The notes under the pieces: generated by a model
Database searches by the model: none
The model's input: only the letters and a program-made list of their open reading frames with translations
Told to the model about the DNA's origin: nothing
Shown here: piece after piece, positions 16,109 to 24,534 of the stretch
Layout: the number at the start of each line of letters is the position of its first letter
Numbering within the stretch: the stretch's first letter is position 1
Position numbers and translations under genes: made by a program
IMG/VR virus record: IMGVR_UViG_3300027819_000050
Span: 1 to 24,534 of that record
DNA length: 24,534 nucleotides
Source of the DNA: a virus
Lineage: Duplodnaviria; Caudoviricetes
Reading direction: 5' to 3' (one strand)

Positions 16109-18587
16109 CGAAATTGCAGATGTTGAAGGACTAAAAAAAGCCTTTGACGGATTGGATGGATCTTTAAATAAGAATGCAACCGATCTTTTGAAACTCATTA
16201 AGGTTTACGAAGACTTGAATAAGGTTACCCAAAATACCGCTCAGACTGCTGAAAATTTAGGCAAAGCGCAAAAAGCAACAGCGGACGCAGCAAAACAGAA
16301 AGAGGCTATTGATAAAAATATCATTGCGACAACCGAAAAAGTAAATAAGGTTGAAAAGGATACTATTGAGGTAATGATAAAAAAGAGACTTACCACAGCA
16401 GAATCAACAAAAGAAATAACGCTTCAAACTAAGGCTGAATTAGCATCTATTGGAAGCAAGCAAAAACTGATTGCAGAAACAGCTATTTTAGAAAATCAAC
16501 TCAATAAAGTTAACCTAACCACAAAGGAGGGCGCAAAGGAGGCGGATAGATTAAGGGCACAAATTGACAAAAATAACGTAACGATCAAGGCAAGCTCATC
16601 CGCTTTAGGTGCGCAAAAAATCAATATTGGGAATTATGCCAGCGCACTTTCAGGGTTACCTGGTCCGATCGGAGAGGTAGCCGGTGGATTCGAGGGACTG
16701 TTGTCTAAAGTTAAAGCATTTGGTCCGTGGGGGGCACTTGTTGCAGGTGGATTACTTGCATTATCAGCTCCGCTTGTTGCATTTTTCACGAAAACAGAGG
16801 AGGGCATGGATTTGATGGAGCAAAAAGTGGCAGGGGCTAAAGCTGCTTTTGCTGTTCTTACCGGAGAATTAATAAAGGGCGGTAGGGCTATGGTGGAAAT
16901 GTTCGATGATCCTAAAGATAAAGTCAGTACATTTTACACAAAAATATTCACCTTTATTAATCCCGCACTGACTGCACTAGGTAAAAGAATGGATTCAGCA
17001 AGCACAACAGCCCAAAGTGTTGTAAAAGAGCAACAGAAGTTAGAGGACAAGGAAAATGCAATGATTGTCGTACGGGCGAAGGCAAGCGATCAGATTAAAC
17101 AAGCGAGGTTAATTTATGCACAGGCAAATTTACCCCTTAATGAAAGAATAACAGCCCTAGCAACAGCACTTGACCTTGAGGGAAAAACGGCAGATGCAGA
17201 AATAAAGCATCAGGACGAAGTGGTTGCCCAACTCCAAATAATTAAAGATGAAAAGTTAAAAGTTGGCCAATGGCTAAGAACGGATGAAACGAAGTTGCAA
17301 CAAGCAATAGCAAAGACAATCGAATTATCTACAGATAGCGCAGGCAGGCAAATAAGGGCAACCAATACCCTTAAAAAAGCAAAAAAAGAACTAATTGACG
17401 AAGGGGAGGCTTTAAATAAAGAGGAGGCTGATAATAGGTTGAAGGCTGTTGAGATAGCCAATCAAATCGAAAAGGGCAAAATCAATAAGAAACATATTGA
17501 CGGTATTTCAGATACTAAACAATATCAGGCAGAACTTATCGCACAAGAAGTAATATTCCTTAACGCAAAACAGGCACTCTACAAACCTGAATCCAAAGAA
17601 TATCAGGATATTGAATTACAGAAACAGGCCATAACGATTAAGTCACAGGATGATATTCTCAAAGCTATTCAAGATAGGTTCAAACAGCAAAAAGAAATTG
17701 AAGAGCAGGGGACTAAAGATCTTCGGGATTTACTTAAAGAGCAAACCACGGCTGAAGAAAAGGCGGCGGATGATGCAATTAAAATTGGCGAAGATTTGAT
17801 TAAACAAAAGGAGAAACTGGACGAAGACGCAGCAAAAAAAGAAATAGACAGGAAGAAAAAAATCAAAGAGGCCGCAATTGATTTAGCTTTTGCGACAATG
17901 AATGCAGTGTTCGATATTAACGCAAACAAATTAAGTGCCGAACTTTCCGACCTTGAAAAGAAAAAAGACAAAGAGTTATCGAATAAGAATTTAACCGAGG
18001 CGCAAAAAGCGGCAATCGAAGCCAGTTATCTGAAAAAAGAGAATGCGATTAAAACCAAACAGGCAGAAAACGACAAAAAACAGGCTCTATTTAACATTGC
18101 GATGAATACAGCGGTCGCAGCGGTGAAGGGTTTGTCTGAAGGTGGGCCACTTCTTATGGCTATTTACATTGCACTTGGATTAGTTCAGGCAGCTGTTGTA
18201 ATGTCTAAGCCACTCCCTAAATACGCTAAAGGAACCCAGTCAGCCGAAAGTGCAGGTATCTTTGGAGAGGCCGGAAGGGAGTTAATGTTCCCGGTCGGAG
18301 GTGGTGCAATTATGGCAGATAAAGCCACATATTTTGATGGTGATAAGTTCAAGGGAGCTAAGATTTACAGCAATCCGGAAACCGAACGAATGATGTCAAT
18401 GGTTTCAGATCGGAATATCATATCCAGACCGCAACATGATGATAGGCTATTGAACAAAATGGATGAACTAAAAAAGGCAATCATTCAGAAGCCTATTGCA
18501 ATCTATGACAAAGATCATCGAATGATAGGGCAAGGCAATAGCCAATATCAGGAAATTTATATGAACCGCTTAATTAACAGAAATTGA
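16095..18587 (+). CDS. Tail tape measure protein
   Basis: 830-aa Ala/Lys/Glu-rich coiled coil with NIGNY motif, hydrophobic segments, and C-terminal PLPKYAKG...FGEAGRE. Confidence 0.85.
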   Translation: MSFSNEIADVEGLKKAFDGLDGSLNKNATDLLKLIKVYEDLNKVTQNTAQTAENLGKAQKATADAAKQKEAIDKNIIATTEKVNKVEKDTIEVMIKKRLTTAESTKEITLQTKAELASIGSKQKLIAETAILENQLNKVNLTTKEGAKEADRLRAQIDKNNVTIKASSSALGAQKINIGNYASALSGLPGPIGEVAGGFEGLLSKVKAFGPWGALVAGGLLALSAPLVAFFTKTEEGMDLMEQKVAGAKAAFAVLTGELIKGGRAMVEMFDDPKDKVSTFYTKIFTFINPALTALGKRMDSASTTAQSVVKEQQKLEDKENAMIVVRAKASDQIKQARLIYAQANLPLNERITALATALDLEGKTADAEIKHQDEVVAQLQIIKDEKLKVGQWLRTDETKLQQAIAKTIELSTDSAGRQIRATNTLKKAKKELIDEGEALNKEEADNRLKAVEIANQIEKGKINKKHIDGISDTKQYQAELIAQEVIFLNAKQALYKPESKEYQDIELQKQAITIKSQDDILKAIQDRFKQQKEIEEQGTKDLRDLLKEQTTAEEKAADDAIKIGEDLIKQKEKLDEDAAKKEIDRKKKIKEAAIDLAFATMNAVFDINANKLSAELSDLEKKKDKELSNKNLTEAQKAAIEASYLKKENAIKTKQAENDKKQALFNIAMNTAVAAVKGLSEGGPLLMAIYIALGLVQAAVVMSKPLPKYAKGTQSAESAGIFGEAGRELMFPVGGGAIMADKATYFDGDKFKGAKIYSNPETERMMSMVSDRNIISRPQHDDRLLNKMDELKKAIIQKPIAIYDKDHRMIGQGNSQYQEIYMNRLINRN

Positions 18588-18588
18588 T

Positions 18589-20838
18589 ATGACATTTCCC
18601 GCTGAGATATTATCCCACACGCCTAAAAAGATTCAGTTCGAATTGATGTCAGACACCGATAGGATCATTTGCGACAGTGAGCCAATCAACTGGAAGTCTG
18701 GAACACTTGAATTAAAACGAGATTTGGAGGCAGGCGGGGTATTTGTCAACTATCAACAGGATTCTTTGACCTTCGTTGGCAATGGAGCCGTGTTTTTACG
18801 GAACCTTTATGATTCCTTCGAACTGACTTCCCGGGCAAAATGCACGTTGATAATTTCGTATTGGAAAGAATTCGATTTGACCACGCCGGCAAACAGTAGA
18901 CAATATGTTGAGTTCCCTTCACGGTTCGAGATAAATTTTGCCTTCTACGAAACTGTAAAGATAGGCCGTTTCTGGTTTGGGGTCAGGGTTAAGGCAGTAA
19001 ATAATTCAGTTCAAACCAAACTGGACAACCGGATAGATGTTGACGTAGATATTTCAAAAGTCATAGACGCTAAAATAACCACGATTGGCGGGATTAAGAT
19101 TGACAGTTACGGAAGTGATGATAATATGCTAAAGAAAGGAATAGACTTTGCAGCAACAAATATCATTTATTTCTCCGAATTGAATTGGTCGCAAATAGGC
19201 CACGGTGTTTTATTAGACAGAATCACAGGAACAGCTAGTTATACCGCTATGCCATTATCTAAGGTTGGATTGACAGGAGAATTTCCAGAGATTCAATCAG
19301 TAGGGTATCAAACTAGAATTGTAAATATTGCAAACATTACGCCTTTTTTCAAAAGTGCTAAATTTGATTATAACTCAATTGATATTTATTACCATTGGAA
19401 CACGATTGTAAATCAACGACATATTGGCGATTTTAATTGGAGAATACAAATTGTTGAAATTGATCCTGCTGGCACTATTTATGCAACTCATTACGAAAAG
19501 GGATTTGGAGGAATAAATCAATATTATAGCGATGAAGGTACAATTACAATTTCAATTAAAAAGGGAAATGATTTAAAATTCGTCTGTAAAAATCAGGGAT
19601 ATGACAATACCACGGCTTATACAGAAATACAGGATCTGAAGATCACCCAAACAGTTTCACAGTCGCCGGCAATTACGGGTGAAGGATTACCGATCTATGA
19701 AACAATAGAGCGGCTTTGTCAACATGATTTAGATGTTCGCTATCCTATTTATTCTGATTTTTTTGGCCGGCAGGATGTACAGTACAGACCAAATGTTTAT
19801 TATGCGACTGAAAGTGTTGACCGATTCGCTCACGTAATGGGTGGAATGAATCTCAGGGGTGCACTACTCAACAATCCAGATGCACCAATAGTATTGAATT
19901 TCAAAAATCTAATGAAATCAATTAAGGCACTTTGGAATGTAGGATATTCACTTGAAACAAACCTTTCGTTATTTGGAGACCCACTCCCCCGAATAAGAAT
20001 TGAGGAATATGCACACTTTTTCGAGAATGTTAAAATTGATTTTAATCCACCGCTTTCAAGTAGGATCAATAAATATGACATTCAGTCGCAGGTAATGCCG
20101 GAACTTGTGCCTGTTGACTTAAAGTCAGGTTTTGAATCATTTGAATATCTCACTGCTAACGGACGTGCAGAGCCGAACACAACAAGCCAGCGAACATCTG
20201 CAATGAACACGGCCACAAAATTTGAGGCCATATCATGGTTAAGAGGAGACACGAAAGGGATTTATGATAATATTTCAAATCCTATTGGTGTTAATGGAAG
20301 TACAGATACAAAAGGAGACGGTTCTGTATTTATCATCAAATCCCGCAAGCATCTAACGAGCACGGTAAAATGGATTCCAGAAACAGATCAGAGTATTACA
20401 GTTCGACATGAATCGAGCCTATTTAAAAATGCTCTTTTAAACCGATATTTCACACCGACACGAATATTGATTCGCCATATAAATAGGATTAAGGCCGGAA
20501 TGATGAAGTTAAATTCCGATTCAGTTCTCAAATTTCAGGCATCAGATAAATCTAATTCATTGGAAACCTCCACGGATGGTGGAGTAACTTCTCTATTTGA
20601 AAATCAGGATTTAATAATTTCGTCACTTGCAAACCCAATTTACAAAGCAATTAAGCACACTGCAATAATGATTTTCACCCGGGCTGACTTAGCCTTGGCG
20701 ATTGCTTATCCCTACAGATATTGGGATTTTGGAACTGATTTAAAAGGGAACAACGTATCAGGATTTTTATTAAATTTGAAACAACAAAATTTGAGCGACA
20801 AAGCGGAAATAACCATAATAGAAAGATTTGTACCATGA
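18589..20838 (+). CDS. Putative tail tip/baseplate hub protein
   Basis: 749 aa directly after the tape measure gene; called from synteny only. Confidence 0.5.
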   Translation: MTFPAEILSHTPKKIQFELMSDTDRIICDSEPINWKSGTLELKRDLEAGGVFVNYQQDSLTFVGNGAVFLRNLYDSFELTSRAKCTLIISYWKEFDLTTPANSRQYVEFPSRFEINFAFYETVKIGRFWFGVRVKAVNNSVQTKLDNRIDVDVDISKVIDAKITTIGGIKIDSYGSDDNMLKKGIDFAATNIIYFSELNWSQIGHGVLLDRITGTASYTAMPLSKVGLTGEFPEIQSVGYQTRIVNIANITPFFKSAKFDYNSIDIYYHWNTIVNQRHIGDFNWRIQIVEIDPAGTIYATHYEKGFGGINQYYSDEGTITISIKKGNDLKFVCKNQGYDNTTAYTEIQDLKITQTVSQSPAITGEGLPIYETIERLCQHDLDVRYPIYSDFFGRQDVQYRPNVYYATESVDRFAHVMGGMNLRGALLNNPDAPIVLNFKNLMKSIKALWNVGYSLETNLSLFGDPLPRIRIEEYAHFFENVKIDFNPPLSSRINKYDIQSQVMPELVPVDLKSGFESFEYLTANGRAEPNTTSQRTSAMNTATKFEAISWLRGDTKGIYDNISNPIGVNGSTDTKGDGSVFIIKSRKHLTSTVKWIPETDQSITVRHESSLFKNALLNRYFTPTRILIRHINRIKAGMMKLNSDSVLKFQASDKSNSLETSTDGGVTSLFENQDLIISSLANPIYKAIKHTAIMIFTRADLALAIAYPYRYWDFGTDLKGNNVSGFLLNLKQQNLSDKAEITIIERFVP

Positions 20839-22025
20839 TTTGGAGTTCAGTTTTAAACAGTATTACTTTTAAAAATGTTCCAACCACGAACACATACCCG
20901 ACCCGTTGGACAACTTTGCACGCTGATTTTAAGCAGGCAGGATCCTTAATTAAACCTTATAACCAAAAGTTTCAAAAAGATCATGTCGTTTATATCCAAT
21001 TTGAGAGCGATATAGCCGATTCGATAACTTTGAAGGCTTACAACTCCGTGACCCGTGCAGAGATTGGATCATTTACCGGTGCTTATGCCAAATCATACGG
21101 AGTAGTCCCAAATATTCGCTATTATACCAACTTCGTAATAACTTTAGGTTCAAGTTATTATGAAAAGCAGGTTTATTTTGTAGCGACACAGGGATCGAAT
21201 GTTTTGACCAGTGAACCAATATTCACGACCTACTTGACTTATCTGCTCCAAAGAGGTGTGATGAAATACATTAAAGTCACAAACCTCGACAGAATAGAAT
21301 CTGATTTAGATAACCGGTTTATTGACTGGTCGGCTTTGACTTCAACAGGTAACTATATTGATTGGTTCGTAGAGGCTTCGGAGATTGACCTGAACAATAA
21401 AGATGAGTCTGAAATTTTGGAAGGGTCGCAAAGCAAAACAATCCTTTCAGCCTCTAACTATCTTGGTGTCGTTTTGGGAGTTGGAAATGTACCTCACTAC
21501 ATGGTTGACCGGATGAGCAATGCCAGCAATTTGGATATTTTTATGGTCAATAATGTTCAGTATATTAAGGACGGCGGGGTCGATACTCCGAAATTTGGCG
21601 GATCAACTTCATTCCAAATGACTATGAAGCTAACTCAAAAATTAGCAATCGGTATCAATGTTGATAATATTGGTATCACAGAGGGATCGGTAACGCCTCC
21701 AATTTCAGGCACTCCGATGTATGTCGGTTCAGTTACTTCAGCCGCACCTAATGAGACAGAGGTTAAAACTATTTCGTCAGTAGCAGCCTCGAAAGTCAAT
21801 CAAACGAAAGTCTACACCATCACAGATGCAAGGTTCTGTTTTGCTTATCCTACCAGTTTCGGGGCGTTGAGTTCAATACTCGACAATGCCGGAGATGAGA
21901 TAATTTCAGGTTTCAATATCACTTATCTTAATTTCACAATCGGAGCGGCAACTATTAATTTCACTATTTGCACTTTGAAAAATTTAACCTCTGTAACGAG
22001 TTATTCGGTGCAGTACAAATGGTAA
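20835..22025 (+). CDS. Putative tail structural protein
   Basis: 396 aa, ATGA-coupled; C-terminal beta domain (FAYPTSFGALSSILD). Confidence 0.5.
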   Translation: MIWSSVLNSITFKNVPTTNTYPTRWTTLHADFKQAGSLIKPYNQKFQKDHVVYIQFESDIADSITLKAYNSVTRAEIGSFTGAYAKSYGVVPNIRYYTNFVITLGSSYYEKQVYFVATQGSNVLTSEPIFTTYLTYLLQRGVMKYIKVTNLDRIESDLDNRFIDWSALTSTGNYIDWFVEASEIDLNNKDESEILEGSQSKTILSASNYLGVVLGVGNVPHYMVDRMSNASNLDIFMVNNVQYIKDGGVDTPKFGGSTSFQMTMKLTQKLAIGINVDNIGITEGSVTPPISGTPMYVGSVTSAAPNETEVKTISSVAASKVNQTKVYTITDARFCFAYPTSFGALSSILDNAGDEIISGFNITYLNFTIGAATINFTICTLKNLTSVTSYSVQYKW

Positions 22026-22029
22026 CGAC

Positions 22030-22698
22030 ATGGCAACAGGCACAGTTAGGGTAATAGGTAACATAATGGCAACACAAAGGCCGTTAGATGAACATTATTT
22101 GAACGAAGGGGCTGCATGGGCAACCACAACAGCTGCATTAGCCGGTATTCCGCTAGGTTCACGCTCTCCAGGGAAGCAGGTCAATATTGCAGGGGTACTA
22201 TACTGGTTTGATGTTGGGCTAACTACCCTTTCAACTGTTTTCGCCGCCGCTCTTCCGATAGCATCTCAGGTAACTATTGTTGACGCAGCGGCAATTTATA
22301 CAGCCACACAGGTAGAGGCTGCGCTGGCCGAGGTTATGACCGCTCACAATGCTTTAGCTACAACCGTGGCAGGATTTGGCACAGGAACAAATCAAACTTC
22401 TTTTACTATTTTATTACCAGCATCATCGACTATTGCCGGAAGACTGGCAGGAGTTGTAACAAAACCAACTGGCTGGACATTGGCAGCAAGTTCAACCGTT
22501 AATCTTTTGGTTACACATACAGTAACCGGAAGGAAAGTATCGAGTATTAATGTTTGGGAAATTGACGGGACAAACGAACGCTTATTACAGCCGTTTTCGT
22601 CTGCTTATTCAGGCTGTTTGGTTAACGCATTAACCTGTTTGATCGAAGGGCTTGCACCGACTGCATTAGCGATAAGAATAGAAATAATCATTCCATGA
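22030..22698 (+). CDS. Putative tail fibre/adaptor protein
   Basis: PLDEHY...AALAGIP...R.PGKQV....YWF N-terminal motif seen in Bacteroidota phage fibre-associated proteins; Thr/Ala-rich. Confidence 0.5.
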   Translation: MATGTVRVIGNIMATQRPLDEHYLNEGAAWATTTAALAGIPLGSRSPGKQVNIAGVLYWFDVGLTTLSTVFAAALPIASQVTIVDAAAIYTATQVEAALAEVMTAHNALATTVAGFGTGTNQTSFTILLPASSTIAGRLAGVVTKPTGWTLAASSTVNLLVTHTVTGRKVSSINVWEIDGTNERLLQPFSSAYSGCLVNALTCLIEGLAPTALAIRIEIIIP

Positions 22699-23378
22699 GT
22701 GTAGCGACTAAATACAACCCTTCTGTAGCTTGGAGAACCCTTGCAAGTCAGGTATTCCAACTGATACGGGAAACGGTTAACGATCCCGCAACGTATCGAA
22801 TGACTGTAGCTGCTATTGACTCAAACAACCCGGGAGCCGGAACAAAAGCAATTGGCTATTACCTGGTTGATTTTTTGGGAGTGCCTTATTTGATTATCGG
22901 TACTACTTCCACAACGGTTGATGTTCAGGATGATTTTCGGGTCGGTCGATGTCCAACATCCGGCAAAATGGCAGTGATTTACAAAGCAGTTTACAATGGT
23001 AGGGCTTTGTATCTTGGACAAGTTGATTTTCAACATTTGCACCCGCTGGCTTTCAATAATTACCATCGCTTTGAAATTGCCCTAACTTGGGCAAACGATC
23101 CAAACGCTAAAAAAGTACCGTTCACGTCTCTTGATGTCCCGATCATTTCAAACTATCAAACAACGCAAACAGACCCCGAAGATGCAGCAAAAACGATAAA
23201 TTATGCAGAACTTTACAATGAAGACCCTTGTGTTCGGTGTATTATTGTCGTTGACGCAAATACAGAATACCAGCTTCAGCAAATGCCACAGTTTACAAAG
23301 GTCGCCGGATTGATAAATACAGTTTTTTTTACTCCAGGGTTTACATGTTCAGGCAGATTAATAATATCCAAAGGATGA
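22695..23378 (+). CDS. Hypothetical tail-region protein
   Basis: 227 aa, ATGA-coupled at both ends. Confidence 0.6.
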   Translation: MSVATKYNPSVAWRTLASQVFQLIRETVNDPATYRMTVAAIDSNNPGAGTKAIGYYLVDFLGVPYLIIGTTSTTVDVQDDFRVGRCPTSGKMAVIYKAVYNGRALYLGQVDFQHLHPLAFNNYHRFEIALTWANDPNAKKVPFTSLDVPIISNYQTTQTDPEDAAKTINYAELYNEDPCVRCIIVVDANTEYQLQQMPQFTKVAGLINTVFFTPGFTCSGRLIISKG

Positions 23379-23959
23379 AAAAGCTACTCATAATTTTGAT
23401 CACCTTCCTGATGTCAGGAATTTGTTTTGCTCAATTTACAAAACCGTCAGGGGTTACGCCGATTACTGGCTATACATTTTTTTACAACCCAGCCGATAGT
23501 ACAATGACCGTTTGCTGGGGCAACCCGCAAAAATGTAATACTTTCGTTCAGCATTTTGACACCACGAAATTAGCCGGATGGGTAAATAACAGGAAATTAC
23601 TGAGCTATAAGCAAATAAAAGATACTTTGTCTAAGTCTGGTTATGCAACTAATTACCGGCTATTGCACAAGATCGACAGCATAATGGGTTTGGTTAAATA
23701 TCGCAATGACAGCATTGCGAATTCGGGGTACTTCACAAATTATAAAGCATTAAGCAAGGAAGATAAGATCACGGCTTATGAGCAGACAATCACAAATGGT
23801 GTGGCCGTATACACGGTTCCTTTTATTCTGAAATCCACAGCAATGGTGATTTATAACTATCAAATATTGCGTAACACCCTTTGGACAGGGGTAGGTACAA
23901 ATACATTGACTCTATATATTGACCCTCGGACATACGATTATTTAAAAATTCAAAATTAA
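23375..23959 (+). CDS. Signal-peptide-bearing repeat protein in the fibre region
   Basis: Likely start ATG 23375 (ATGA overlap): MKKLLIILITFLMSGICFA-Q; three internal repeats. Confidence 0.75.
   Translation: MKKLLIILITFLMSGICFAQFTKPSGVTPITGYTFFYNPADSTMTVCWGNPQKCNTFVQHFDTTKLAGWVNNRKLLSYKQIKDTLSKSGYATNYRLLHKIDSIMGLVKYRNDSIANSGYFTNYKALSKEDKITAYEQTITNGVAVYTVPFILKSTAMVIYNYQILRNTLWTGVGTNTLTLYIDPRTYDYLKIQN
23558..23764 (+). repeat. Three degenerate protein-level repeats D[ST]xxx[AS]G[WY]x[NT]N[RY][KR]xL
   Basis: DTTKLAGWVNNRKLL / DTLSKSGYATNYRLL / DSIANSGYFTNYKAL. Confidence 0.7.
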
Positions 23960-23965
23960 AGTATC

Positions 23966-24534
23966 ATGAAAAAGATTTATTTATTGTTTTTTTTATTGGC
24001 AATTTTTGTCAACTCTTTCGGGCAGGCAACACCTACAACTAACATGAGGATTGCCACGGCTACAACGGCCTTCGGGGTTAATATTCCTGTGGGTTTTACT
24101 ATTTATGATGTTGGGGCTAACAAATACTATGTCTGTAAGGCCGCAACAATTTCAACGGGAACCCTAACTGCCAACGCTGCTAATTTTCAGGAAATATTAA
24201 CTACTGTTCTGGCAGACGGGAAAGTCATCATTGGTAATTCTTCCGGTGTTGCTGCTCCCGTTTCTGTTACAGGTGATATGACCATCACAAATGCAGGAGT
24301 AACTACCGTAGCGAATGCTGCTGGCAACATGCGAGTCAATGGGACGTTAAAAATTGTAGGTACAGCCGATGATGCCGCTCCTGATTCGATCCTTACAGTG
24401 GCTGCGGGTATCTTTAAACGGTCTGCTACTTCATTATTTCAGATGGCATCTGCGGTTAAGACGGCTATAGTTGAGGAAATGGAAGTAGCTAATGCCGATA
24501 GTGCATCCGTTGGTAGGTATTACTATACCCTAGC
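23966..24534 (+). CDS. Signal-peptide-bearing tail-fibre-like protein (3' truncated, not in ORF track)
   Basis: MKKIYLLFFLLAIFVNSFG-QATP; frame open to the window end; contains LADGKVIIGNSSGVAAPVSVTGDMTITNAGVTTV, a fibre-shaft-like motif. Confidence 0.8.
   Translation, partial: MKKIYLLFFLLAIFVNSFGQATPTTNMRIATATTAFGVNIPVGFTIYDVGANKYYVCKAATISTGTLTANAANFQEILTTVLADGKVIIGNSSGVAAPVSVTGDMTITNAGVTTVANAAGNMRVNGTLKIVGTADDAAPDSILTVAAGIFKRSATSLFQMASAVKTAIVEEMEVANADSASVGRYYYTL

Larger units (their letters stand above)
1..24534 (+). mobile_element. Tailed phage/prophage segment (nin-like region, packaging, head and tail modules), Bacteroidota host
   Basis: Co-oriented terS-terL-portal-protease-capsid-tail-tape measure gene order with frequent ATGA overlaps; Bacteroidota promoter boxes. 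No att site or host genes in the window, so prophage versus free phage cannot be decided. Confidence 0.95.

Noticed and set aside
19100-19620. Apparently more AT-rich stretch within the 749-aa tail gene (possible mosaic swap)
   Set aside because: This is a visual impression only; it needs a GC-window calculation and homologue alignment.
1664-23066. Minus-strand ORFs of 60-100 aa in the track (e.g. 4619, 8160, 9669, 17210, 17669, 22821)
   Set aside because: They lie antisense to well-supported + strand genes and have shadow-like composition with no recognisable motifs.
23987-23994. T8 run in the signal peptide of the last ORF as a phase-variation tract
   Set aside because: It is short and expected from Phe/Leu codons in AT-rich DNA.
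1-24534. Stop-codon reassignment, CRISPR array, tRNA, DGR or invertible segments
   Set aside because: Genes tile the window under the standard code with TAA and TGA stops; no repeat-spacer array, cloverleaf, reverse transcriptase, recombinase or long inverted repeats were seen by eye.

Overview
The window is a single-strand (+) stretch of a tailed dsDNA phage or prophage, most likely a siphovirus-type phage with an HK97-type head. The host is almost certainly Bacteroidota: TAnnTTTG promoter boxes, A-rich start regions without Shine-Dalgarno sequences, and Bacteroidota-style signal peptides followed by Gln. Gene order: end of a ninG-like gene and small accessory ORFs (1-3017); terS and an intein-containing terL (3065-5900); a five-ORF insert with its own candidate promoter and terminator (5950-7221); portal, prohead protease and major capsid (7302-10956); head-tail and tail genes, tape measure and tail-tip/fibre genes to the end of the window. 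The most unusual signal is three genes inside the virion morphogenesis operon (10961, 23375, 23966) that encode Sec-type signal peptides. One sits directly after the major capsid gene and two lie in the fibre region. One of them is built of repeats that each start with the Bacteroidota O-glycosylation sequon D-(S/T)-(A/I/L/V/M/T), which suggests exported, host-glycosylated virion proteins (a hypothesis). Also notable are a Leu-initiated class 3 intein in TerL, an apparently inactive HNH fused to an ECF-sigma-like segment, and an HD-like (DUF5662-like) enzyme inside the tail operon. All family calls come from motif recognition by eye; no database searches were run. No integrase, lysis genes, RNA genes or CRISPR array were seen.
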